From the NCBI GenBank assembly GCA_965231125.1, contig OZ246414.1, positions 209,739-273,738 on the forward strand: a stretch of DNA of 64,000 nucleotides. Direction: 5' to 3'. Each line of letters starts with the position of its first letter. The first letter of the stretch is position 1. The position numbers were made by a program, and so were the translations under genes. Below are positions 33,287 to 42,338 of the stretch, piece after piece. The stretch is from an uncultured Gammaproteobacteria bacterium. Lineage in GTDB: Bacteria > Patescibacteriota > Microgenomatia > Woykebacterales > RBG-16-39-9b. Under the pieces are notes generated by a model. That model was not told the origin of the DNA, did no database searches, and worked only from the letters and a program-made list of their open reading frames with translations.

Positions 33287-34007
33287 AGAAATAGAGCTTA
33301 TGCGGCAGGCTGGAAGAGTCGCTGCTTTGGCTTTAAAAAAAGTTGAGGAGCACATTAAAATTAGGGTGAAGATTAGGCAGTTAGATAAAATTGCTGAAGA
33401 AGTAATTAATAGCAACGGTGCGACTGCATCTTTCAAAGAAGTAGCCGGTTATCATCATTGTATTTGTGCTACTCAAAACGATTGGGTAGTGCACGGAATA
33501 CCGGGCGAGTACGAGTTGAAGGATGGAGATATCATTGGTATTGATCTTGGAGCTTACTATAAAGGCTATCATTCCGATATGGCTCATACCTATTTAGTGG
33601 GCAAGAGCCCAAAAAAAGAAAAATTTTTGCAAACTGGTGAGACAGCTCTATGGTCCGCCATTAAAGAAGCCAAAGTAGGTAATCATATTGGTGATATTAG
33701 TAATAAAATTCAGGTGGTTGTTGAGGGTGCTGGCTACTCGGTGGTAAAAGAACTAGTTGGTCATGGAGTCGGAAAAGATTTACATGAGGACCCGCTAATT
33801 CCAGGAAAAGGAAAAAAAGGAACAGGGGCTGAAATTGAGGAAGGTATGGTTTTGGCGATTGAAGTTATTTACAATATGGGAAGCCCGGACATAACGTTAC
33901 TTTCAGATGGGTGGACAATAGCAACAAAAGATGGTTCTTACTCGGGTCTTTTCGAAAGAACAATCGCCGTAACCAAAGAAGGACCTGTAGTATTGACGCG
34001 GGTTTAG
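33264..34007 (+). CDS. map: Type I methionine aminopeptidase
   Basis: VVHGIP, DLG, SDMA, GHGVG..LHEDP, LAIE. Confidence 0.97.
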   Translation: MIYLKNSKEIELMRQAGRVAALALKKVEEHIKIRVKIRQLDKIAEEVINSNGATASFKEVAGYHHCICATQNDWVVHGIPGEYELKDGDIIGIDLGAYYKGYHSDMAHTYLVGKSPKKEKFLQTGETALWSAIKEAKVGNHIGDISNKIQVVVEGAGYSVVKELVGHGVGKDLHEDPLIPGKGKKGTGAEIEEGMVLAIEVIYNMGSPDITLLSDGWTIATKDGSYSGLFERTIAVTKEGPVVLTRV

Positions 34008-34045
34008 CTTTAGTGTAAAATTACCAGGATCTTTTTTCAAATTGT

Positions 34046-34288
34046 ATGGAACAGGGAAATGAAAACATTCAGGTATCAGGAAAGGTATTAGAATCACTAC
34101 CTAACACTTTATTTAGGGTAGAGGTTGCTAAAGACGCTCCGGAGAGGGTTGCAGGCAAAATACTGCTCTGCCACATATCAGGCAAAATGCGAATGCATTA
34201 TATTAGAATTTTACCCGGAGATAAAGTGCGAGTGGAGGTTACCCCGTACGATTTGGAAAAAGGCAGAATTGTATATCGAGAGGGTTAG
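34046..34288 (+). CDS. infA: Translation initiation factor IF-1
   Basis: [32 protein letters not shown]. Confidence 0.98.
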   Translation: MEQGNENIQVSGKVLESLPNTLFRVEVAKDAPERVAGKILLCHISGKMRMHYIRILPGDKVRVEVTPYDLEKGRIVYREG

Positions 34289-34308
34289 ATGATCGAGGAA
34301 ACAAAAAC

Positions 34309-34422
34309 GTGAAAGTTCAAGCATCAATTAAAAAACGTTGTGCCCAATGTAAAATAGTAAAAAGGCGTGGAGTTCTCTACGTTATCTGTACGAACCCGCG
34401 TCACAAACAACGTCAGGGATGA
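34309..34422 (+). CDS. rpmJ: 50S ribosomal protein L36 (absent from the ORF track)
   Basis: GTG start; [37 protein letters not shown]. Confidence 0.98.
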   Translation: MKVQASIKKRCAQCKIVKRRGVLYVICTNPRHKQRQG

Positions 34423-34483
34423 TTAAGTTAGTAGGGTGTTAGCCACTAGCGACCAGTGGCTAGCGAACTAATTTCTAAATATT

Positions 34484-34897
34484 ATGGCTAGAATTGCAGG
34501 AGTAGAACTACCAGAAAATAAAAAAATAGTATTTGCACTACCGTATATTTACGGGGTTGGTTTTAGCCTGTCTAAAAAGATAGTAAAAGAGGCAAAAGTA
34601 GATCAGGAAAGACGAGTTAAAGAATTGACAGAAGAAGAAGTTGCCAGAGTGCAAAAAGCGGTTGATAAATACCCAATTGAGGGGGATTTGCGCCGCCAAG
34701 TACAGCAAAATATTAGAAGGTTAGAGGAAATCGGTACTTACAGGGGAGTGCGACACAAGAAAAATTTACCAGTTCGGGGCCAACGTACCAGAAGTAATGC
34801 ACGAACAAAGAGAGGAAAGAGAGTCACGATCGGAGCAATGAAGAAGGAAGTAATGCAAAAAACAGAGAAGCCCACCCAGGAAGAAGTTAAGAAATAA
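34484..34897 (+). CDS. rpsM: 30S ribosomal protein S13
   Basis: MARIAGV, IYGVG, YRG.RH...LPVRGQRT. Confidence 0.99.
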   Translation: MARIAGVELPENKKIVFALPYIYGVGFSLSKKIVKEAKVDQERRVKELTEEEVARVQKAVDKYPIEGDLRRQVQQNIRRLEEIGTYRGVRHKKNLPVRGQRTRSNARTKRGKRVTIGAMKKEVMQKTEKPTQEEVKK

Positions 34898-35295
34898 TGG
34901 CAAAAAGTAAGCAGGAAGTGCATTCTAGAAAATTAAAAGAAAGAACCGACATTAACAAAGGCAAAGTTTTTGTGAGTGCCAGTTTTAATAATACTATCGT
35001 CACTATTACAGATAGTCGTGGTAATACTTTGGGTTGGAGTAGCGGTGGTAGCGTTGGTTTTAAAGGGGCTAGGAAATCTACTCCGTTTGCAGCCACAACT
35101 GCAATGGAAAGCTTAGTAAAAAAAGTGGTGGATAAGGGGCTAAAAGAGGTAGAAGTTTATGTTAAAGGTCCCGGCTCTGGACGAGACGCCGCCGTTAAAG
35201 CCTTAAAAGGTAGTGGTATTACAATCAAAGCTATCGCGGACGTTACACCAATTCCGCACAATGGACCAAGACCGAGAAAGAAGAGAAGAGTATAA
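34897..35295 (+). CDS. rpsK: 30S ribosomal protein S11
   Basis: SFNNTI, GFKG.RKSTPFAA, DVTPIPHNG. Confidence 0.99.
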   Translation: MAKSKQEVHSRKLKERTDINKGKVFVSASFNNTIVTITDSRGNTLGWSSGGSVGFKGARKSTPFAATTAMESLVKKVVDKGLKEVEVYVKGPGSGRDAAVKALKGSGITIKAIADVTPIPHNGPRPRKKRRV

Positions 35296-35296
35296 A

Positions 35297-35926
35297 ATGG
35301 GAAGATATTTAGGACCAAAATTTAAATTAGATCGACGTGAAGGCACGAACCTTTTCTTAAAAGGGAAGAGGAGTTTGAGCTCTAAACACCCAATTGAGAA
35401 AAAGGGGGCAGTACTGCCCGGCCAGCATGGGCAATCAAGAAGAAGACGAAAAACCTCAGATTATGGTTTACAACTTCGTGAGAAACAAAAGGTCAAGAGA
35501 ATGTACGGTCTCTTTGAGAGACAATTTAAGAAATACTTCAAGCAAGCAGCGAGAGGAAAAGGGGATACAGGTTTTGCTCTTTTACAGAAGCTAGAGACGA
35601 GACTAGACAACGTTGTTTATCGGTTGGGGCTGGCTGCATCGCGATCTCAAGCCAGACAAATCGTTTCTCACGGCCATGTTTTGGTTAATGATAAAAAAGT
35701 GAATATTCCTTCTTTCGAGGTAAAAGTAGACAACATCATTTCTCTATCGGCGAAAGCACAGAAATTTAATTTGGTGAAAGAGTCTTTGGAGGCACAGGAT
35801 GCAGATTCATTACCAAAATGGTTGGAAAGAAAAGGTTTATCTGGTAAAGTGAACCGACTGCCAGAAAAAGAAGAAATCGTTCAAGATATAAACGATCAAT
35901 TAATTGTTGAGTTCTATAGTCGTTAG
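35297..35926 (+). CDS. rpsD: 30S ribosomal protein S4
   Basis: MGRY.GP, PGQHG, QLREKQK, LE.RLDNVV, IVEFYSR. Confidence 0.98.
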   Translation: MGRYLGPKFKLDRREGTNLFLKGKRSLSSKHPIEKKGAVLPGQHGQSRRRRKTSDYGLQLREKQKVKRMYGLFERQFKKYFKQAARGKGDTGFALLQKLETRLDNVVYRLGLAASRSQARQIVSHGHVLVNDKKVNIPSFEVKVDNIISLSAKAQKFNLVKESLEAQDADSLPKWLERKGLSGKVNRLPEKEEIVQDINDQLIVEFYSR

Positions 35927-35980
35927 ACTTCAGGACTCGAAGAGTTCTACCGTCGTTAGGGATGGAAAGCCTAAGGCTCT
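35909..35980. repeat. Duplicated rpsD 3' end within two hairpins
   Basis: GAGTTCTATAGTCGTTAG (35909-35926) and GAGTTCTACCGTCGTTAG (35942-35959), 16/18 identical. Confidence 0.75.
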
Positions 35981-36043
35981 CGTTCTAGATAATTGTTAAT
36001 TTATGATTTATATAACCACTAAGGTGGAGGAGGATATATTATT

Positions 36044-36949
36044 ATGGTAGATAAAGTTAGAGTGATTCCTTCGGGAAATGATAAGGAAGGGACTCTTATA
36101 ATAGAGCCATTACCCCAAAGTTATGGCGTGACTTTGGGTAACTCTCTGCGCCGTGTTTTGCTTACTTCCCTTCCTGGGGCGGCTATAACCCAAGTAAAAA
36201 TCTCGGGAGTATCCCACGAGTACTCCACGATTAAAGGGGTAAAAGAAGACGTGGTCGAGATACTTTTGAACCTAAAAGGGGTAAGACTTCAAATTGATGG
36301 CGATAAGCCGGTTAAATTGACTCTCGATGTAAAAGGTCCAAAAGAAGTGTTGGCAAAAGATATAGAAGTACCGTCCGGAGTGAAAATAGCAAATCCGGAT
36401 CATTATATTACTACTCTCTCAGATTCCAAAACGAAGCTATCCGTCGATATTAAGGCGGAAACAGGTTTTGGCTACGTACCTGTCGAATCGCGACGCTCTT
36501 TGGGGGTGGGGACTATTCCCCTGGACGCAACTTTCAGCCCAGTCCTAAAAGTTAATTATAAAGTTGAGGCGACACGGGTTGGTCAAATAACAAACTTCGA
36601 TAAGCTGATAATTACGGTAACTACAGATGGGACAATTACACCCGCCGAGGCAGTAAAACAAGCCTCAAAAATATTAACAGACTACTTCAATGTTTTGGTT
36701 GAACAAAAGAAACCGACAAAGGAAGATAAGCAGGAAAAGGCTCCTCGACCAAAGATCGAAAAAGACGCTCTTGTTGAAGAGCTGGAACTTTCCACTCGGA
36801 TAACTAATTCTCTACGTTCGGCTGGTATTGATACGGTTGAGAAGCTGCTTAAAACACCAAAGGAAGATTTGGTTAAATTGAAGAATATGGGCGCAAAATC
36901 CATATCGGATATTGAAGAAAAACTAAAAGAGAAAGGATTAGTCAGCTGA
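36044..36949 (+). CDS. rpoA: RNA polymerase subunit alpha
   Basis: EPL...YG.TLGNSLRRVLL, HEYSTI.GV.ED, alpha-CTD LELSTR..N.L. Confidence 0.99.
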   Translation: MVDKVRVIPSGNDKEGTLIIEPLPQSYGVTLGNSLRRVLLTSLPGAAITQVKISGVSHEYSTIKGVKEDVVEILLNLKGVRLQIDGDKPVKLTLDVKGPKEVLAKDIEVPSGVKIANPDHYITTLSDSKTKLSVDIKAETGFGYVPVESRRSLGVGTIPLDATFSPVLKVNYKVEATRVGQITNFDKLIITVTTDGTITPAEAVKQASKILTDYFNVLVEQKKPTKEDKQEKAPRPKIEKDALVEELELSTRITNSLRSAGIDTVEKLLKTPKEDLVKLKNMGAKSISDIEEKLKEKGLVS

Positions 36950-37488
36950 TGGCGCACCGGATTTTTGGCAGGAAGTTAAGTCGGACGACTAATCAAAGAA
37001 AAGCACTTTTGCGGTCTCTTGCAAACTCGGTTATTTTGTATGAGAAAGTGAAAACCACAAAAGCAAAAGCAAAAGCCGTAAAACCTTTTCTTGAGAAACT
37101 GATAACAGTTTCTAAAAATGATAGTATTTTCGCCAGACGTACTTTGGTAGCAAAGCTTGGGTTGGAAAATTCAGCCAGTAAACTTTTGGAGGTTATTGGC
37201 CCAACTTTTAAAGAAAGGCCGGGCGGGTATTTGAGATTAACAAAATTATCACCCCGCTCCGGCGATTCAGCCAATATGGTTGTCATTGAGTTTGTCGAGC
37301 AATTGTCCGCTCCAAAAAAGATCGTCAAGGGCAGCGCAGGGGAGCTAAAAACAAAAGAGCCACGAAGGAACCGTTCTTCGGCAGTTAAAAAAGAAACTAA
37401 AAAGACAGCCACCGAAAGTTCGAAAAAAATAAATAAACCCACTAAAAAATCTGCCCCAAAGATAAGCAATGAAAAAAGAGATAAGTAA
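36949..37488 (+). CDS. rplQ: 50S ribosomal protein L17 with Lys-rich tail
   Basis: GRKLSR, KTT..KAK, RPGGY.R, R.GD.A. Confidence 0.97.
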   Translation: MAHRIFGRKLSRTTNQRKALLRSLANSVILYEKVKTTKAKAKAVKPFLEKLITVSKNDSIFARRTLVAKLGLENSASKLLEVIGPTFKERPGGYLRLTKLSPRSGDSANMVVIEFVEQLSAPKKIVKGSAGELKTKEPRRNRSSAVKKETKKTATESSKKINKPTKKSAPKISNEKRDK

Positions 37489-37987
37489 AAAGCCTTCGAC
37501 CCGAGTGAAGGATCAGGGTTCAAAAGTAAAAAGTCAAAATCAAGATAGGGAAAACACTTCTCTCAATAAAACAAGTAAAACTGTACTGGAGAAAAAGTGG
37601 TATCTGGTCGATGCGAAGAATAAAGTTTTGGGAAGGTTAAGTACCAAAATAGCAAAATTACTGATGGGCAAGGACAAGGCAGGTTTTGTTCGTTATAAAG
37701 ATAGTGGTGATTATGTAGTGGTGATAAATGCCGCCAAAATTGCGGTCTCAGGTACTAAAGAGAAGAATAAAAAATATTACAACTATTCTGGGTATCCAAG
37801 TGGGTTAAAAGAAACTACCTTAGGAAAGCTGCGAGCCCGAAAACCTGAGGAGATAGTTCGTCACGCAGTTTCGGGAATGCTACCTAAAAACCGTTTAGCC
37901 AAGGCCATTATAAAAAAACTTTACATCTACCCAAAAGAAGACCATCCCCACGAACCTCAGAAGCCGACTGTAGTGGAGTTGAACTAA
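37469..37987 (+). CDS. rplM: 50S ribosomal protein L13 (start uncertain)
   Basis: WYLVDA....LGRL, GDYVVVINA, YSGYP.GLK, GMLPKN. Confidence 0.97.
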   Translation: MKKEISKKPSTRVKDQGSKVKSQNQDRENTSLNKTSKTVLEKKWYLVDAKNKVLGRLSTKIAKLLMGKDKAGFVRYKDSGDYVVVINAAKIAVSGTKEKNKKYYNYSGYPSGLKETTLGKLRARKPEEIVRHAVSGMLPKNRLAKAIIKKLYIYPKEDHPHEPQKPTVVELN

Positions 37988-37988
37988 T

Positions 37989-38504
37989 ATGCCGAGAACT
38001 AAAAAAAGTACAGTTGAAAAGGTAGATAAAGAAAAGGCCAAAGACACTCTCACGACCGAGAAAAAAACGGCTGAACAAAGTGAAGTTAAAGAAAAAGCCA
38101 AGGCGAAAGAAAAAAAGGAATTTTTTCAAGGACTTGGAAGAAGAAAAGAGTCTATTGCTAGGGTGCGCCTCTTTCTTAAAAAAGGTGATCTTTTGGTAAA
38201 TAATAAACCGATCTCCGAATATTTTTCTGAAGCAGCCGCCCAAAAAGTTTACGAAGAACCGCTTCGCACTGTTAACCGGCTTGGTCAAGTCTCCGGGACT
38301 ATAAAAGTTCGAGGTGGGGGTAGAGTTGGCCAACTTGGAGCCGTCACCCACGGAATTTCCAGGGCCTTGCTTGATCTGGACGAGAGTTTTCGAGCTACCC
38401 TTTCAAAGAAAAAACTTCTAACTCGAGATTCCCGTGTCAAAGAGAGGCGTAAATACGGCCACGCTGGTAAAGCTAGAAAAATGAAGCAGAGTCCGAAACG
38501 TTAG
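37989..38504 (+). CDS. rpsI: 30S ribosomal protein S9 with charged N-terminal extension
   Basis: GRRK.S.ARV, GGG..GQ..A..HGISRAL, LTRD.R.KER.KYG, QSPKR. Confidence 0.98.
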   Translation: MPRTKKSTVEKVDKEKAKDTLTTEKKTAEQSEVKEKAKAKEKKEFFQGLGRRKESIARVRLFLKKGDLLVNNKPISEYFSEAAAQKVYEEPLRTVNRLGQVSGTIKVRGGGRVGQLGAVTHGISRALLDLDESFRATLSKKKLLTRDSRVKERRKYGHAGKARKMKQSPKR

Positions 38505-38695
38505 TATTTGTTGTGGAAGATCGCTTGGTAAAGAAAGAGGATACCAACTAGTCCAGGTAGTAGGGATAAGAGTTCGAAGAAACGGATGTGGATTTGACCA
38601 ATTAGCAAGGCGATTAGCAAAAGCACAAACCCCCAAACAAAAGTTGGAATTCTTTTAATGACCACCCAGTTTATATTCCTTAACCATTCCTCCAT
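38501..38695 (-). CDS. Small two-TM membrane protein
   Basis: Hydrophobic 64-aa ORF; TGATATAAT lies just upstream of the ATG. Confidence 0.6.
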   Translation of the reverse strand: MEEWLRNINWVVIKRIPTFVWGFVLLLIALLIGQIHIRFFELLSLLPGLVGILFLYQAIFHNKY

Positions 38696-38828
38696 ATTTA
38701 CATTATATCAAAGTAACAAATCTGCTTTTAAACCCTGTAGTTGATTAACGTTTACTAAAGGATTAATATGTAAACAATCGAAAAGACTTTTTAGTAAGTT
38801 CGATCAATCAAAAGTGAAGGAGAAGGTC

Positions 38829-40049
38829 ATGGATAGAGTCGTTGTGACTGGTAGAGGGGCAGTCTGCCCTTTGGCAAACAACTGGCCTGATAGTTGGGCG
38901 GCAATGCTGCAAGGGCGCTCTGGTATTGGCCCACTCACAAAGTTTGACGCGCCTTGGTTCGAAGCCGGAATTGTTGGTGAAGTGCGTAATTTCCATCCGG
39001 AGGAAGTTATCCCTGGAAAAGTTTTAAAGAGAGCGGCGATTCCTAGTCATTACGCACTTGTTGCTACTCACGAAGCAGTTGCCGAGTCGGGGCTGGTAAT
39101 TAACGAGTCGAACACAGAAGATGTGGGAGTGATCTTTGGCTCGGCGGGTGGAGGGTACGAACGTATTTTGAAGCAGGAGCATGTCCTTTTTGAAGAAAGT
39201 GCTCGACGCGTTAGCTCATTTACAATCGCCCACATGTTACCAGATGCTTCTTCCGGGCACATCGCCATTGCGCTTGGGGCAAAAGGACCAAACTACTGCC
39301 CGACCGCTGCCTGCGCTACCGGAACAGTCGCAGTTGGCGAAGCCATGGAGACAATCCGTCGCGGCGATGCCAAAGCCATAATTTGCGGTGGTACAGACGA
39401 GCCGATTCTGCCGGTACTGCTTGCCGGATTTCAAGCTTTAAAAGGCATGGCGACGGAAGCTTGCAGGCCTTTCGATCTACGTCGTGACGGTTTTGTTGTC
39501 GGCGAAGGGGCGGCAGCACTAGTGCTAGAAAGCCTGGACTTTGCGAGAGCCCGCGGTGCCCGCGTCTACGCGGAAGTTGTTGGCTATGGTTCAGCGGCTG
39601 ATGCCTTCCATATGGAAAAGCCGGATGAGTGGGGAGATGGGATCGGTCGGGCTATGGTAATGGCCTTACGAAAAGCAGATATTTCACCTGAAGAAGCCGA
39701 CTACATAAATGCGCATGGGACTGGTACGCCGTTGAACGACAAGGTGGAGACATTAGCCATAAGGAGCGTCTTCGGCTCGCATGCGTACGAACTTGCTGTC
39801 AGCTCAACGAAGTCGATGGTCGGTCATCTCATGGGTGGTGCTGGCGCTCTTGAGGCGTTGGCAACAGTTAGCGCAATTAACGACGAAATGATCCCGCCGA
39901 CCATCAACTACGAAACGCCGGATCCGGAGTGTGATTTGGATTATGTACCAAATACCGCCCGCCGAAGAAAGATAGATGTAGCGTTGTCCAACTCGCTTGG
40001 TCTTGGTGGGCACAACGCTTGCGTAGTCTTTAGGAAATTTGAGGGTTAG
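38829..40049 (+). CDS. fabF: Beta-ketoacyl-ACP synthase II (FabF/KAS family)
   Basis: RVVVTG.G, ACATG (Cys), RPFD..RDGFV.GEG, NAHGTGT, KSMVGH; SD AAGGAG before the ATG at 38829. Confidence 0.93.
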   Translation: MDRVVVTGRGAVCPLANNWPDSWAAMLQGRSGIGPLTKFDAPWFEAGIVGEVRNFHPEEVIPGKVLKRAAIPSHYALVATHEAVAESGLVINESNTEDVGVIFGSAGGGYERILKQEHVLFEESARRVSSFTIAHMLPDASSGHIAIALGAKGPNYCPTAACATGTVAVGEAMETIRRGDAKAIICGGTDEPILPVLLAGFQALKGMATEACRPFDLRRDGFVVGEGAAALVLESLDFARARGARVYAEVVGYGSAADAFHMEKPDEWGDGIGRAMVMALRKADISPEEADYINAHGTGTPLNDKVETLAIRSVFGSHAYELAVSSTKSMVGHLMGGAGALEALATVSAINDEMIPPTINYETPDPECDLDYVPNTARRRKIDVALSNSLGLGGHNACVVFRKFEG

Positions 40050-40067
40050 GTCAGATAACAGAAATCA

Positions 40068-40103
40068 AAACGGGTGTTCACACGAATGCCCGTTTCTTTT
40101 TTC
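40068..40103 (+). terminator. Intrinsic terminator after fabF
   Basis: AAACGGGTGTTC / GAATGCCCGTTT stem, then a T-run. Confidence 0.75.
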
Positions 40104-40164
40104 TATAAATATTTTTTCTTCCACACTTGGAATTATACTCTATAAGTATTTAAAATTTCAGCTA

Positions 40165-40193
40165 TTGACAAATGCAAATGATTTGCATATAGT
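40165..40193 (+). promoter_or_regulatory. Promoter with an overlapping Fur/Zur-type box
   Basis: TTGACA-17-TATAGT; spacer holds a perfect 8-1-8 inverted repeat ATGCAAAT-G-ATTTGCAT (40172-40188). Confidence 0.8.
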
Positions 40194-40255
40194 TAGCCCA
40201 CGTAAGTGGTCGCAGAACGTGAAGCGATCTATTGCAAGTCAACTACACCTACATT

Positions 40256-40684
40256 ATGCAAAAAGACGTCTTAGAAATATTAAAAGAAAATAAAATAAAA
40301 ATTACCAACGAGAGAAAGGAAATTATTTCAGTTCTTCAAAGTACAAAATTCCCCCTTCGTCCAGCGGATATATTTTTAAGGATTAAGTCAAAGTTGCCTA
40401 AGGCCAACTTGACAACAGTTTACAGAAATTTAGAAATGTTGGAAGGTTTAAGTTTAATTAAAAAGTTGACTTTCGATAAAGACAGTTTCTCTTATGAATT
40501 AGTAACAAACCGGCCCCACCACCATCATGTTGTGTGTAAAAACTGCGGTAAGATTGAAGATTTAAATAATATTCCAGAAAAATTTGTCAAAGAAATTTCG
40601 GAAAGCACAAAATTTAAAATCGAAGACCACAACTTAGAATTCTTTGGTATTTGTGAATCCTGCTCAAAGGAGTTAAACAGATGA
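40256..40684 (+). CDS. zur: Fur-family regulator, likely Zur
   Basis: TTVYRNL, HHHHVVCKNCG, G.C.SC; heads the Zn ABC operon. Confidence 0.85.
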   Translation: MQKDVLEILKENKIKITNERKEIISVLQSTKFPLRPADIFLRIKSKLPKANLTTVYRNLEMLEGLSLIKKLTFDKDSFSYELVTNRPHHHHVVCKNCGKIEDLNNIPEKFVKEISESTKFKIEDHNLEFFGICESCSKELNR

Positions 40685-41598
40685 GTAACAGAAAATTGCT
40701 TTCGCTGATCGCGCTTATTATTTTAGTTCTGTCAGCGGGGTATTTTGTTTTCCGAAACTACCACCCTTCAGAAAGTTCCGGAAAGTTAAAAGTGGCAACT
40801 AGTTTCTACTCACTTTACTTTTTCACTAAGGAAATTGGAGGAGACAAGGTTGATGTTACCAACATTACTCCGGCTGGAGCAGAACCGCATGATCATGATC
40901 CTTCAACAGGTGACATTGTTAAGATTGAAGAAAGCAAAATGCTGGTTCTCAATGGTGCAGTAGAATCTTGGGGACACAAGATTAAGGACATTTTGAAGGG
41001 AAGTAATGTCCTGGTAGTTACTGCCGGAGAAGGTTTGCTAACCAAACAACTAACTGAAGGTGGGCAGACTGGTGTGGACCCGCACGTTTGGCTCGACCCT
41101 ATATTAGCCAAGCAAGAAGCTCACGCGATTGCCCAAGGATTGATTAAAGTCGATCCAGCTGACACTACCTTTTATCAACACAACGAAAAGAAACTCGACG
41201 GCGAGCTTGATCAGCTGGATCAGGATTATAGAAAAGGTTTGGTAAGTTGTCAGCAAAAAGACATTATAACTTCTCACGCCGCCTTTGCTTATCTTGGCTC
41301 TCGCTACGGGCTTAACCAAGTAGCAATCTCTGGTCTTTCGCCAGATGCTGAGCCATCAGCCGCCCAACTAGCTGATGCAACCAACTTTGCCAAATCGCAC
41401 AACGTTAGATATATTTTCTTTGAGAGCTTGGTCAGTCCAAAGCTCTCCGACACCATTGCTAACGAAGTTGGCGCGAAGACATTAGTTCTTGATCCGATCG
41501 AAGGTCTGACCGATAATGATATTAAGGCAGGCAAGACCTACTTTACGGTGATGCAAGACAATCTAAACAATCTGCGTATCGCTCTGTCATGCAAATAG
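40681..41598 (+). CDS. znuA: Zn/Mn ABC transporter substrate-binding protein
   Basis: GAEPHD, DPHVWLDP, SHAAFAY, DPIEG. Confidence 0.9.
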   Translation: MSNRKLLSLIALIILVLSAGYFVFRNYHPSESSGKLKVATSFYSLYFFTKEIGGDKVDVTNITPAGAEPHDHDPSTGDIVKIEESKMLVLNGAVESWGHKIKDILKGSNVLVVTAGEGLLTKQLTEGGQTGVDPHVWLDPILAKQEAHAIAQGLIKVDPADTTFYQHNEKKLDGELDQLDQDYRKGLVSCQQKDIITSHAAFAYLGSRYGLNQVAISGLSPDAEPSAAQLADATNFAKSHNVRYIFFESLVSPKLSDTIANEVGAKTLVLDPIEGLTDNDIKAGKTYFTVMQDNLNNLRIALSCK

Positions 41599-42338
41599 AT
41601 CACAGCAAAAGTATTATTGAAGTTGATAAAGTTTCCTTTGCTTATAACGGTGAAGATGCGATTAAAGACGTGTCAATAGCCGTTCACAGAGGAGATTACT
41701 TAGGAATAATTGGTCCTAATGGCGGTGGGAAATCAACATTATTGAAAATAATGCTTGGGCTTTTGCACCCCAAAGAAGGAGTAATTAAACTTTTCAATCA
41801 GTCTATTGATGAATTTAAGGATTGGTCCAAAATTGGTTACGTCCCTCAAAAACCACCGAATTTCGAATTAAATTTTCCAGTGAGTGTTCGAGAAGTAGTC
41901 GCCATGGGTCGTTACGGAAAACGTGGTTTATTACGGTTTCCGACCAAAGAGGATGGAGAAAAAGTTAACAAAGCCTTGAGTCAAGTTGAAATGACAGAGT
42001 TTGCCGGTCGGCAAATTACCGAACTTTCGGGAGGACAGCAGCAAAGAGTTTTTATTGCCCGGGCACTAGTGAGCGAACCAGAGGTAATCTTTCTCGATGA
42101 ACCAACTGCCGGAGTTGATATTAAAACCCAAAAGAGTTTCTACGCACTGCTTGAAAAATTAAACCGAGATTTCGACCTCACTTTAGTTCTAATTTCCCAC
42201 GAACTTGACGTTTTGGCCCACGAGGCTACTGAACTGGCGTATATAAACAGAACTCTTGAGTATTACGGCGACCCAAAAGAATTTTTGAAGGGGGACTATT
42301 ACCACCAGTTTATTGGCAAGGGAGAGCCTCACCACTAA
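41589..42338 (+). CDS. znuC: Zn/Mn ABC transporter ATP-binding protein
   Basis: GPNGGGKST, LSGGQQQRV, LDEPTAGVD. Confidence 0.9.
   Translation: MQIDHSKSIIEVDKVSFAYNGEDAIKDVSIAVHRGDYLGIIGPNGGGKSTLLKIMLGLLHPKEGVIKLFNQSIDEFKDWSKIGYVPQKPPNFELNFPVSVREVVAMGRYGKRGLLRFPTKEDGEKVNKALSQVEMTEFAGRQITELSGGQQQRVFIARALVSEPEVIFLDEPTAGVDIKTQKSFYALLEKLNRDFDLTLVLISHELDVLAHEATELAYINRTLEYYGDPKEFLKGDYYHQFIGKGEPHH

Noticed and set aside
34309-34422. Alternative genetic code (UGA as Gly, as in Gracilibacteria)
   Set aside because: TGA ends rpmJ and other conserved genes at the expected positions, and no conserved gene has an in-frame TGA.
4995-38351. Many antisense and alternate-frame ORFs over rpoBC, fusA, tuf and ribosomal genes (e.g. 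11317-11847, 18326-18850, 36993-37523)
   Set aside because: They shadow conserved genes and show no recognisable motifs or start signals.
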